DNA from: a virus
Reading direction: 5' to 3' (one strand)
UHGV virus genome: UHGV-0022456
Length of the DNA: 38,055 nucleotides
Shown here: positions 1 to 7,833 of the stretch, piece by piece
Layout of the letters: the number at the start of each line of letters is the position of its first letter
How positions within the stretch are numbered: position 1 is the stretch's first letter
Program-made: the position numbers and the translations under genes
Notes under the pieces: generated by a model
Told to the model about the DNA's origin: nothing
What the model saw: only the letters and a program-made list of their open reading frames with translations
Database searches by the model: none

Positions 1-20
1 ACCCGCTTCGGCGGGTTTTT
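1..20 (+). terminator. Rho-independent terminator-like hairpin at window edge
   Basis: ACCCGC(1-6)-TTCG-GCGGGT(11-16) stem-loop followed by TTTTTCATCTTTT; the gene it would terminate lies outside the window. Confidence 0.45.
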
Positions 21-47
21 CATCTTTTACGCAATCTGTTACAATTC

Positions 48-61
48 CTGGAATATTCCAG
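48..61. promoter_or_regulatory. Perfect 14-bp palindrome CTGGAATATTCCAG, candidate operator
   Basis: 48-61 equals its own reverse complement; located between the hairpin at 1-20 and the SD/ATG at 115. Confidence 0.35.
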
Positions 62-114
62 TTATTCACTCAAAGACAGGCGTGTACCCTATAGTAGGAA
101 GAAAGGGGGTGCAT

Positions 115-432
115 ATGCCAAACAGGATGAACATGTCTACACTCGAAGAGCGACTGACGAAAGTTGAGACTAATCTTGCGAACCTTGCAGATGCACAAAG
201 GGATGTGGGCCAGGCTCTAAATCGGGTGTCGGAGTCTATCCACGCCATCCAGATAAGCATTGAGCGACAAAACTCCAGCATTCAGAAGATAGTTGAATTG
301 CGACGTGACGTTGATGAAATGTCGAAGGATGTAGAGAAGCTAAAAGGGAAGGTGTGGTGGCTAGGCGGCGTGACTGCCGCCTGTACGTTCATTATTGTGA
401 ACTTCTCGCGCCTGAAAGACTTCTTTCACTGA
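115..432 (+). CDS. Hypothetical coiled-coil protein with C-terminal transmembrane segment
   Basis: Track ORF 82-432 trimmed to ATG 115 preceded by AAGGGGG; heptad-rich N-terminus; hydrophobic C-terminus VWWLGGVTAACTFIIVNF. Confidence 0.5.
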   Translation: MPNRMNMSTLEERLTKVETNLANLADAQRDVGQALNRVSESIHAIQISIERQNSSIQKIVELRRDVDEMSKDVEKLKGKVWWLGGVTAACTFIIVNFSRLKDFFH

Positions 433-555
433 TGCGGATTATATCCATATCGCGCATGGTTGTATGACGCGCGCGGGCGAAGTAGTAGCGAGCAAAGCAA
501 ACCCCTCTGCGTCGAAGTCCATTGCTAAAATACCACCTCTCAATCAGCCACCATC

Positions 556-687
556 TCATTTCGCTCTCCCCAGGTAGAAACATATCCCAGCAGCACTAAG
601 GTACACGGCCGCAGATATGTCGCGGTTGATAGCTGCCGAGAATATTGCTGACAGCACCAGGAATAGCATTGGCATCCATTTAATCAT
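556..687 (-). CDS. Small hydrophobic peptide (43 aa, two predicted membrane segments), absent from supplied ORF track
   Basis: Minus-strand ATG at 687 with GAGGGG 6 nt upstream; translation MIKWMPMLFLVLSAIFSAAINRDISAAVYLSAAGICFYLGRAK; lies in a 350-bp gap with no + strand ORF. Confidence 0.3.
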   Translation of the reverse strand: MIKWMPMLFLVLSAIFSAAINRDISAAVYLSAAGICFYLGRAK

Positions 688-730
688 TTTTGCCCCTCAT
701 CATATTTCGCCTCAAATCCACTTATTGTGG

Positions 731-758
731 TTGACATTACAATGATACATGGTAATCT
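731..758 (+). promoter_or_regulatory. Sigma70-like promoter within GGTTGACAT motif
   Basis: -35 TTGACA 731-736, 16-nt spacer, -10 TAATCT 753-758, then GGGAGG SD and ATG at 784. Confidence 0.5.
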
Positions 759-783
759 GACTCATATCAACACGGGAGGTAGT

Positions 784-900
784 ATGAATCAGCAGAAATT
801 TGAATCAGCGCAACGGGCGGCAAGACTGGCAGTTAAGTGCAGAAGCAAAGGCGCATGGAAAGAGGCGATGCGCCTTCTTAGGGAGGCAATCAATGCTTGA
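784..900 (+). CDS. Small hypothetical protein (38 aa)
   Basis: ATG 784 with GGGAGG SD at 774-779; MNQQKFESAQRAARLAVKCRSKGAWKEAMRLLREAINA; stop overlaps next start (ATGCTTGA). Confidence 0.4.
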   Translation: MNQQKFESAQRAARLAVKCRSKGAWKEAMRLLREAINA

Positions 901-1039
901 CCGTCATTGTCCCATCGATCGAGACGAGCGCATCTACGCCGACAACTGGCAGGATGAGCCAACAGAGGAAGACATCGAGCGTCAGCGCTCAATCATCGAA
1001 GCACAGGCAGATTTAGAGGAGTTATATAATGGCTGGTGA
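893..1039 (+). CDS. Small hypothetical acidic protein (48 aa)
   Basis: ATG 893 preceded by GGGAGG; same frame as track ORF 800-1039 but with a real SD; MLDRHCPIDRDERIYADNWQDEPTEEDIERQRSIIEAQADLEELYNGW. Confidence 0.4.
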   Translation: MLDRHCPIDRDERIYADNWQDEPTEEDIERQRSIIEAQADLEELYNGW

Positions 1040-1202
1040 GTTTGCAGTTTACACATCGGTAGCTGTCGGCGGGAAGAGTGGCCGACAAACAAAGCAAGAA
1101 ACACGCGAGCAGGTCATTGCTCGCAATAGTTTCCCTGGTCCAGACCAGAATCGTTACATTGATAAATTTTTAGCGGAGCAGAAGAAAAATGAAGGAGCAT
1201 AA
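1029..1202 (+). CDS. Small hypothetical protein (57 aa)
   Basis: ATG 1029 preceded by GAGGAG; overlaps previous stop and the methyltransferase start; not in ORF track. Confidence 0.35.
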   Translation: MAGEFAVYTSVAVGGKSGRQTKQETREQVIARNSFPGPDQNRYIDKFLAEQKKNEGA

Positions 1203-2022
1203 CAACAGGAAAAAGGCAGATTCATTGGCAGAGTTCATAACCTCAAAGTCACTAAGGAAATTAGTGGCTAGCAAGGTTCATGAATACATTGGAGACAGGC
1301 CGGTCACTGTATTCGATGGGGCCGTTGGTTCTGGTCAGCTTGAGGAGTTTATAAAATTAAAGCACTTAGTTGGCATTGATATACAACAGGAGTCAATTGA
1401 TGCGCTGACACATAACTTTGGAGGCAGGTGCACGGGGATTGTTGGTGATTTCTTTAATGTTGTGAATGGTGTTGATGGTTTTTTTGATTGCGTTGTAATG
1501 AACCCACCATTTTCACTAAAGTGCACTAAGTCGATAGATTCCATGCCTTACACCAAAAAAACCGGCGTTCTGGACGAGTGTTTCTATGTGCTGGCAAGTA
1601 TGAAAGCAAGACTTTCGTTCTTTATTTGCTTTCCTGGTGTCGGTTATCGAAGGACAGAACAAAAAATGAGGAATTATTTTGGCAATAATGTTGCTGAAAT
1701 AATAACGGTATCTTCAGCATTTGAAGATACATCAATTGATGTGCTTCTTGTGGTGATAGATAAAAATAAGAAGTCGCCGCAAGTGTCTGTTTCTTTGTAT
1801 TCATGCAAGGATGATGAATACAAGGTGCATCCGCATGAAGAGAATCTCGACATAACCAACTGGAACAAGGCAGTAATAGAAATCGAGCGCGAAAAAATAG
1901 ACATCATCTCCCTAACCAATGAGGTAAATGAGCTATCACGTAAAAATCGCAATGCACTTGATTCATTTGATGAACTAGTTAGATCAATGATGACTGACGA
2001 GCAGCTTAAGCAAATTAAGTAA
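1189..2022 (+). CDS. N6-adenine DNA methyltransferase (orphan)
   Basis: SAM-binding motif I-like VFDGAVGSGQL followed by catalytic motif IV VVMNPPFS (NPPF); visibly AT-richer than flanks; no restriction endonuclease candidate adjacent. Confidence 0.65.
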   Translation: MKEHNNRKKADSLAEFITSKSLRKLVASKVHEYIGDRPVTVFDGAVGSGQLEEFIKLKHLVGIDIQQESIDALTHNFGGRCTGIVGDFFNVVNGVDGFFDCVVMNPPFSLKCTKSIDSMPYTKKTGVLDECFYVLASMKARLSFFICFPGVGYRRTEQKMRNYFGNNVAEIITVSSAFEDTSIDVLLVVIDKNKKSPQVSVSLYSCKDDEYKVHPHEENLDITNWNKAVIEIEREKIDIISLTNEVNELSRKNRNALDSFDELVRSMMTDEQLKQIK

Positions 2023-2126
2023 TTCAGCGAAGGATAAAGCAAATGAGCAACTGGCATAACGAACATATCATGCAGTGGTATCGCCGTCGCATTAAGGCAA
2101 TCATTAACACTTATGAGGTTTAAGAA

Positions 2127-2405
2127 ATGGCAAAGACTACATGTAGTCGAGAAGAGCTTGAGCGTCAACTATCAGAATCACGACGCGAGTTCTGGGCAGC
2201 AGATGCGACAATTAACAATCTTGAACTGAAGCTCGCAGACATGGCGGCACAGCTCGCTAACGCAGAGAACAAGTGCAGGGAGCTGGCTGCTGAATTGAGA
2301 GCCGCCAAACTTAGCCAGAATGCCAACAGTGGCATGCTTCAGGATTCCGAACCAGTAACGGATAACACGAATCAGCAATTCGAAAGATTGGCTAAAAGCA
2401 AATAG
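2127..2405 (+). CDS. Hypothetical coiled-coil protein (92 aa)
   Basis: GAGG SD upstream of ATG 2127; heptad-like LELKLADMAAQLANAENKCRELAAELRAAKL. Confidence 0.5.
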   Translation: MAKTTCSREELERQLSESRREFWAADATINNLELKLADMAAQLANAENKCRELAAELRAAKLSQNANSGMLQDSEPVTDNTNQQFERLAKSK

Positions 2406-2467
2406 CACCCGTTCATATTAATTGTCAGTGCGCTCTATGTGGCGCACGCTTTAGTGGAGATGTACGT

Positions 2468-2701
2468 ATGAGCAATAGATATATTTACCATTACCATGCA
2501 ATAACAAAAGGCGGATCGGCTTCAATGTCAGGTATTGCTCAGCTTAACTTCAGGATTAAATCACAAGAAGACCTTGATGTGTTGAAGGGGATGATTAATC
2601 GTGATGGATTCATAGCCCATGCAGTTACGTCTCTCTCATGTCTCGGTCGTGAGAATGACGACGAAGAAACAGAAACACTAACTAGCAATTCGAATCACTA
2701 A
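2468..2701 (+). CDS. Hypothetical protein (77 aa)
   Basis: GGAG SD upstream of ATG 2468; acidic C-terminus. Confidence 0.45.
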   Translation: MSNRYIYHYHAITKGGSASMSGIAQLNFRIKSQEDLDVLKGMINRDGFIAHAVTSLSCLGRENDDEETETLTSNSNH

Positions 2702-2714
2702 GCAGAGGTGATAA

Positions 2715-3119
2715 ATGAACAGACAAATAGCACTGCGCGACATCATAAAGGCCATTGTTATTCTTAAGCCAGGGGTGACGATGGCAGTAATTCAGCGGAT
2801 GATATGGACCAAAACACCAAGCGCAACAATTGGGACCGCGCTGCACTGCATTGTTGCGCAGGGACTATTCACGACACGAAGGGTAGGCAACAAAGGTCAA
2901 CCAGGGTTTAAGTGTAATGCCTACTATCCGACGAAGAAGCTACTGGACTCGTTCACGGTTACTAGCGAGATGCGGGAGTATCTTGGGCTGACGGATGTTG
3001 ACCTGAACCCAGGGAAGGCGAAGCGCAAGTGCAACACTGTCTTTGAGTCATGTAAACAAAGCCCGGCAACGAAACGCATCCTTTGGTTTTATGGGCAGGG
3101 TGAGCTGCCAGCTATATGA
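2715..3119 (+). CDS. Hypothetical protein (134 aa)
   Basis: AGAGGTG SD upstream of ATG 2715; followed by terminator hairpin 3124-3148. Confidence 0.5.
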   Translation: MNRQIALRDIIKAIVILKPGVTMAVIQRMIWTKTPSATIGTALHCIVAQGLFTTRRVGNKGQPGFKCNAYYPTKKLLDSFTVTSEMREYLGLTDVDLNPGKAKRKCNTVFESCKQSPATKRILWFYGQGELPAI

Positions 3120-3123
3120 AATA

Positions 3124-3148
3124 AGGCCCGTAATGGGCCTTTTCTTTT
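3124..3148 (+). terminator. Rho-independent terminator between convergent early genes and terL
   Basis: AGGCCC(3124-3129)-GTAAT-GGGCCT(3135-3140) followed by TTTTCTTTT; may also serve the minus-strand packaging operon. Confidence 0.6.
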
Positions 3149-4553
3149 ACCAGGCGGAAAGGTTGTAGCCGGTGTTGAGTTGAGGCGAGAATGCACAAAC
3201 AAGGGAGTCGGCAAGGTTGTGTGATGGTATTCCGCGCTTCTTGAGTGATTCCTTGCCCTCAACCTTAATCTTACCGTTGGAGTATTCCCGGTTTGGTGCG
3301 GATAGCTCTCCCTTAAGTTTATTCAGTACCTCAGGCGCAATACAGGATGAGTCAATGCTGATGATATTATCCATGTCCACCTCTTTTCCTTCCACGACCG
3401 CCTTGTAGGTATTATGGAACCGGTCGCGCAGATACCACCAGCCCATTGCCTTCATGTTAAGGAAGTGCTGCCCATTGGTGCGCCCTGGCATGTATTCGGA
3501 GTCTGGATTGCATGGTGATTCACTGGCGGTGAATTCAGAGAACGGTACAATTTGACCATGCTGCCCTTTGGACCTCATATCGGTTTCAATCTCGCGGAAT
3601 TTACCCTTAACACCAGCGCCGACGCCGATGTTGTCGTAAATAACGTGCGATATTCCATCCTGAATGGCCTCAGCATAAACACGCTCACCAACAGCAACCG
3701 GGTCGCGGTCCTTCCATTCATCAAGCTGATAGACAATCTGCCCGTCACGGTAGCACCTGGCGTTAAAGTCTTCGCCCTCATCCATCGGGTCAAGGCCGCA
3801 GAACCTGTTTCCGGTGCGTGTTATGCCCAGCTTAAGGTGTGCGTCGATTGCTGCCTCTATCCATGAAGGTTTGATGATTGAAAGCGCGGAGTTAGCGACC
3901 GGCATCCCCAGATAGACGTGCTGGTAAAGCTCGGGGTCGTCATTCTTCATTAGCTCCATATCGATACGCAACTCCTCCGGGAATCGCGGGTTAGCGTCGT
4001 AGTTTATGCAGCGCACGATGCAGTATGGCTTGCCCTTGATGGTATCAGGGTACTTCCGGTTAGTCACGAATCGCTGATAGGTGTCATCCAGTGGCGACTC
4101 TGGGTTAAAGCTAACCCATATCTCTGAGCCTTTTTTACGCAGCGTAGGGATGAGCAGCTTCCAGGAATCTTTTGTTACCTTCGCGGCCTCCTCCACCCAT
4201 GCAGCGTCGAACCCGGCGTACCCCTTCACCTTCTGCTGGTTGCGATGCAGGCCGTCAAATTTAATGATGCCCGTTCCGCGTTTTGCCCTTATTTCAGTTT
4301 TCAGGACGTCAACCATGTCATGCAGGTTTCGGCGCTCAATCTCTTCGATAAACTCCTGGTATACGGAGTCCTCGATAGATTTCATGATTTCACGGAAGCA
4401 GACAAGGCGCCACCCGTGCCAGATGACGTTATTGAGCAGGATGGTTATGAATGTGCGGGTCTTTGCAGAGCCACGCCCACCGTATGCAACCTTGAACCTG
4501 GCTGGCTGCAAAAAGTCACGGTAGGCGCGGAAGATTTCACAGGTTTCACTCAT
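3147..4553 (-). CDS. terL: Terminase large subunit (PBSX/Terminase_3-like)
   Basis: 468 aa; N-terminal P-loop KVAYGGRGSAKT; directly downstream of and overlapping the small-subunit gene. Confidence 0.85.
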   Translation of the reverse strand: MSETCEIFRAYRDFLQPARFKVAYGGRGSAKTRTFITILLNNVIWHGWRLVCFREIMKSIEDSVYQEFIEEIERRNLHDMVDVLKTEIRAKRGTGIIKFDGLHRNQQKVKGYAGFDAAWVEEAAKVTKDSWKLLIPTLRKKGSEIWVSFNPESPLDDTYQRFVTNRKYPDTIKGKPYCIVRCINYDANPRFPEELRIDMELMKNDDPELYQHVYLGMPVANSALSIIKPSWIEAAIDAHLKLGITRTGNRFCGLDPMDEGEDFNARCYRDGQIVYQLDEWKDRDPVAVGERVYAEAIQDGISHVIYDNIGVGAGVKGKFREIETDMRSKGQHGQIVPFSEFTASESPCNPDSEYMPGRTNGQHFLNMKAMGWWYLRDRFHNTYKAVVEGKEVDMDNIISIDSSCIAPEVLNKLKGELSAPNREYSNGKIKVEGKESLKKRGIPSHNLADSLVCAFSPQLNTGYNLSAW

Positions 4554-5151
4554 CAGCGATTTTATATACTGGCGCCTGAGGAGTCATTGAGCCATCCTCA
4601 GACACATGGTTAACGGTTTCCTTGTACCCACCCAGCATCTTGATGAGCATGTCCTGCGCCTTCTGCTGGTCGGCCATTTCAAACTTCGGCCCCATCTTCG
4701 TGAAGGTGATACCTTTGATGAGTCCGCGAATTTCTTCGGGAACCTCGTCAGAGCTCATCTTCACGACCGGAACAGTCATTTCGCCAATCACCTCACCGTC
4801 ATCGTTCACCATCGGGCGCGGCTCCCAACCGATGAACTGAGTCACGTCAGCGAATGCCTGCGCCTGAATCCTGGATGCAATTTCGTCCAGGCTCATGAGT
4901 TTTGACTTGGCAATGAGTCGGCGAGCCTCACGGACGTAGGGTCCGACTTTAGGGTGGGTTAACAATTTGCATCCGGCAACTACGGCAGACTTATATGCCA
5001 CTTCTTCGCCATAGGCATGGAGATATGCTCTAGTTGCGTTACCATTAGCAATATAATGATTAGCAAATGTTAAATGGTCTTTACTCAGTTGAGCCGCCAT
5101 TTCCTCAAGCTCAGGCGTGAAGAAAGGCAGGTTGTCGTCTGCCTCTGCCAT
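4546..5151 (-). CDS. terS: Terminase small subunit
   Basis: 201 aa; N-terminal FANHYIANGNATRAYLHAYG resembles Terminase_2-type small subunits; 8-nt overlap with terL. Confidence 0.75.
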   Translation of the reverse strand: MAEADDNLPFFTPELEEMAAQLSKDHLTFANHYIANGNATRAYLHAYGEEVAYKSAVVAGCKLLTHPKVGPYVREARRLIAKSKLMSLDEIASRIQAQAFADVTQFIGWEPRPMVNDDGEVIGEMTVPVVKMSSDEVPEEIRGLIKGITFTKMGPKFEMADQQKAQDMLIKMLGGYKETVNHVSEDGSMTPQAPVYKIADE

Positions 5152-5152
5152 A

Positions 5153-5353
5153 TCAATCCTCCTCCACCAGCACCAGCTTAAACCGTGAGCGAGCGACTTT
5201 CTCGCCGTAGTTATGGATGGCGCGTGGGTTTGGTGTGTTTAAACTCTTACTGCGGCCGGGAGTAATGAATACATCCTCGCCATTAGCCGCAGCGTCCATT
5301 GCTTCTTTCATGCCGTTACGGATAAAGTCACGCGGGGTAAATTGTTTCATCAT
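5153..5353 (-). CDS. Hypothetical protein (66 aa) in packaging operon
   Basis: ORF ending 1 nt before terS start. Confidence 0.45.
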   Translation of the reverse strand: MMKQFTPRDFIRNGMKEAMDAAANGEDVFITPGRSKSLNTPNPRAIHNYGEKVARSRFKLVLVEED

Positions 5354-5401
5354 TAATCCTTTCCGTTGTTTCCCCTATTATCGCCCCGTAATGAAACAGT
5401 G

Positions 5402-5902
5402 TCAACCTCGGTAAGATTTGATCTCACTGCGCACCCAGTTGCGTGGGATGGAGAATGTGCCCATTTTCTTTCCGGACTCGGACGCCTCTTTGCACATCAG
5501 GCGACCGTCTGAAGGGCGATACTCTGCGTTATTCACCACATCCCGCAGCCAGAAATCGCCGTTCACTTTATGGGTGAATGTACGGACATGCCCATCCACT
5601 TCAACCTCCACTGTCATCTGCACGTTGCGCAGGATGTTCACCACCGTTGCCCAGCTCTTGAACCCGTACTTTTTCATCAGGTCGGTGACGGGTATCAGCT
5701 CCGGGTCAATTTCATGGGCTTTGGCAATAAATGGGGCCATGTCGATTACTGGTGACGCGTCGACTGGTGAGGCATCAGAAGTCTGTGATTTCTTTCCAGA
5801 CTTAAGCGCCTTCACCTGCAGTTTAAGCTCTTTCACTTCGGCGATGAGTTTTTCAACCTGTGCGGCAAGATTATTGTAGTGCGGGGATGGTTTGCGTTTC
5901 AT
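5402..5902 (-). CDS. Hypothetical protein (166 aa), first gene of packaging operon
   Basis: ATG 5902 preceded by AGGAG SD; N-terminal coiled coil; Ser/Asp/Pro-rich linker. Confidence 0.5.
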   Translation of the reverse strand: MKRKPSPHYNNLAAQVEKLIAEVKELKLQVKALKSGKKSQTSDASPVDASPVIDMAPFIAKAHEIDPELIPVTDLMKKYGFKSWATVVNILRNVQMTVEVEVDGHVRTFTHKVNGDFWLRDVVNNAEYRPSDGRLMCKEASESGKKMGTFSIPRNWVRSEIKSYRG

Positions 5903-5935
5903 TTTGGCTTCTCCTGTTGTGTCAAACTTAAGGAG

Positions 5936-5964
5936 AATTTAAAGGTGGAAATGGGGTTTGTCAA
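5936..5964 (-). promoter_or_regulatory. Sigma70-like promoter for the minus-strand packaging operon
   Basis: Minus strand -35 TTGACA (plus 5959-5964), 17-nt spacer, -10 TAAATT (plus 5936-5941), then AGGAG SD and ATG 5902. Confidence 0.55.
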
Positions 5965-6126
5965 TATGCCTATGATTGATTCTCACTCCCTGTAGGATGA
6001 TAGGGGTGGATGGGTGACTACCGTTGACACTCCCGCACCCCCTTCACCTTAACAGGGTGTGAGTTTATCATATTATTTTTATAAAGTCAATAGATGAAAG
6101 GCAAAAACAAAAGATTAAAGTCGTGG

Positions 6127-6155
6127 TTGACATAATCACACCAGGCGGGTAGATT
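6127..6155 (+). promoter_or_regulatory. Sigma70-like early promoter within GGTTGACAT motif
   Basis: -35 TTGACA 6127-6132, 17-nt spacer, -10 TAGATT 6150-6155, AGGAG SD, ATG 6181. Confidence 0.55.
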
Positions 6156-6180
6156 TGTTGGAAACAACAGGAGAAACGAA

Positions 6181-6429
6181 ATGACCGAATTAACCAACGA
6201 ATCAATGACAGAGTACGAAGAAATGCAGCAGCGTCTTATGGATGAGTTCATTAACAACATCTCTCCGTGGATTGACTGGGTTGGCATGTCTGGATTTGAA
6301 GAAAAAATGGCACGATCGGCAGTTCGCAGCCTCATCAGCCTTTCGTATTATGAAGGCACGATGAATGGCATTCGTGTGATGCAGGAGAACATGAAGGAGT
6401 TCCATGATGACGCAGCGCGTGACATTTGA
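6181..6429 (+). CDS. Hypothetical small acidic protein (82 aa), first early gene
   Basis: About 16 Asp/Glu versus 7 basic residues; AGGAG SD. Confidence 0.5.
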   Translation: MTELTNESMTEYEEMQQRLMDEFINNISPWIDWVGMSGFEEKMARSAVRSLISLSYYEGTMNGIRVMQENMKEFHDDAARDI

Positions 6430-6440
6430 GGTGTGAAGCT

Positions 6441-6623
6441 ATGAGGCTTTATCAGTGCTATCGCTGCGGAGAATCTAAAGACTGGTATCGCTTCAATCCC
6501 GGGCAGAAGTATTGGGCAAGGCAGTGCATCAGATGCGAAATGACGCCAGCCGGGATGATGCCAGTCCCGCAAGAAAGCGAACACAGGTTCAGGTGTAAAA
6601 AGATTATGAGGGCGTGCAAATGA
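6441..6623 (+). CDS. Small zinc-ribbon protein
   Basis: Track ORF 6426-6623 trimmed to ATG 6441 with GAGGTG SD; CxxC (CYRCG) and CxxC (CIRCE) pairs. Confidence 0.4.
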   Translation: MRLYQCYRCGESKDWYRFNPGQKYWARQCIRCEMTPAGMMPVPQESEHRFRCKKIMRACK

Positions 6624-6892
6624 AAAGCAGCAGAGAGCAGTTTGAAGAGTGGTATTCAAAGGCTTCCGGTCTTTGCGATATGGACCTTGAAAGCGAGTTC
6701 AACGTTGACGATAACGGAGAATATATTTACTCGGGCGCTAGAGATGCGTGGGAAGCATGGCAGGCCAGCCGTGCGGCGATTGAGATTGAATTGCCATCAA
6801 GGGAAGATCCGGCAAATTTCTTCTGTGAAGTTTATGACTGTGAGCTGGTTCATGAATCGCTGGCGAATTGCGGACTAAAGGTAAAAGCATGA
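6620..6892 (+). CDS. Hypothetical acidic protein
   Basis: ATG 6620 overlapping previous stop (ATGA); acidic composition. Confidence 0.5.
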   Translation: MKSSREQFEEWYSKASGLCDMDLESEFNVDDNGEYIYSGARDAWEAWQASRAAIEIELPSREDPANFFCEVYDCELVHESLANCGLKVKA

Positions 6893-7125
6893 ACATCTTC
6901 AGCATCATCAACATGGCGCAGGCGGCTAATCCGAAAGCCGACGTCACTATCCGAAGCGGTGGGCATGACCAAATACTAATCATCTGGCATTGGGAGGGTC
7001 ATTATCTGAACCGTCGCTATTGCAAGGCTCGCATGACCGGGCATCACTACGGCGAATATGAGGCATGGCGAATTGCATTCCATGCAGCCGCTCAGATTAT
7101 GGGCGTAGTGGAGTGCGCGAAATGA
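6889..7125 (+). CDS. Hypothetical protein
   Basis: ATG 6889 overlapping previous stop (ATGA); in frame with track ORF 6868-7125. Confidence 0.45.
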   Translation: MNIFSIINMAQAANPKADVTIRSGGHDQILIIWHWEGHYLNRRYCKARMTGHHYGEYEAWRIAFHAAAQIMGVVECAK

Positions 7126-7778
7126 TTATCTGGTCACTATTTGACGGTTCAGGAATTATGGGACAGCCGTGGGCGGAAGCCGGTCACACGGTTTATTGCT
7201 TCAACTACGACGGTGCTGACCACGGTGTATACGAAATGCGCGTGGAGCACGAAAACATCGTATATGTGAATAAGTTCATCACACCTGATTCCTGTTTCTC
7301 CGACTTCCCGGAACCGGATATTATTTTCGCATTCCCTAGTTGCACAGACTTAGCTGGATGCGGTGAGAAACACCAAAGGCAACAACCTGCAGTAAATACC
7401 GCTGTTGCCACCGCTAAGGTTGCTGAACGGTTAGGCAACGTGTACGGGGTTCCGTGGATGGTAGAAAACCCGGTAGGTAAGCTGTCCACGTTGTGGCGTA
7501 AGCCTGACCACTATTTCCACCCATTCGAATATGGTGGATATATGTCTGGAGAAGAAAATACATTTCACCCACGCATGCCTGCGCGTGACGCATACACGAA
7601 GAAAACTTGCCTGTGGACAGGAAACGGTTTTGTCATGCCTGAGCCTAAGCCGGTTCCGCACATCGGTAAGTTTTGGGGATGGGCTTATCTTGGTGGGAAG
7701 TCAGAAAAAACCAAGCAGTTACGAAGCCTGACCCCGCGAGGATTTGCACGCGCAGTATTTGAGGCCAACAAAGGTTGA
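7122..7778 (+). CDS. DNA (cytosine-5)-methyltransferase-like protein (short, orphan)
   Basis: Track ORF 7065-7778 trimmed to ATG 7122 (ATGA overlap); motif I-like LFDGSG, PC-like AFPSCTDLAG, ENV-like MVENPVG; no obvious target-recognition domain. Confidence 0.5.
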   Translation: MIIWSLFDGSGIMGQPWAEAGHTVYCFNYDGADHGVYEMRVEHENIVYVNKFITPDSCFSDFPEPDIIFAFPSCTDLAGCGEKHQRQQPAVNTAVATAKVAERLGNVYGVPWMVENPVGKLSTLWRKPDHYFHPFEYGGYMSGEENTFHPRMPARDAYTKKTCLWTGNGFVMPEPKPVPHIGKFWGWAYLGGKSEKTKQLRSLTPRGFARAVFEANKG

Positions 7779-7833
7779 CCCATCGATAACGGGGCGGGAT
7801 GATAGCCGCCCCATTCACCTGGAATAAATCATC

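Noticed and set aside
392-583. 63-aa minus-strand ORF in the 433-783 gap
   Set aside because: Arg/Trp-rich, no SD; the adjacent 43-aa hydrophobic ORF (556-687) in another frame has much better start context.
1674-2168. 164-aa minus-strand ORF inside the N6-methyltransferase gene
   Set aside because: Antisense to a gene with clear catalytic motifs; AT-rich DNA gives long spurious frames.
4081-4613. + strand ORFs (147 and 122 aa) within terL
   Set aside because: Antisense to a strongly supported terminase gene; no ribosome-binding sites.
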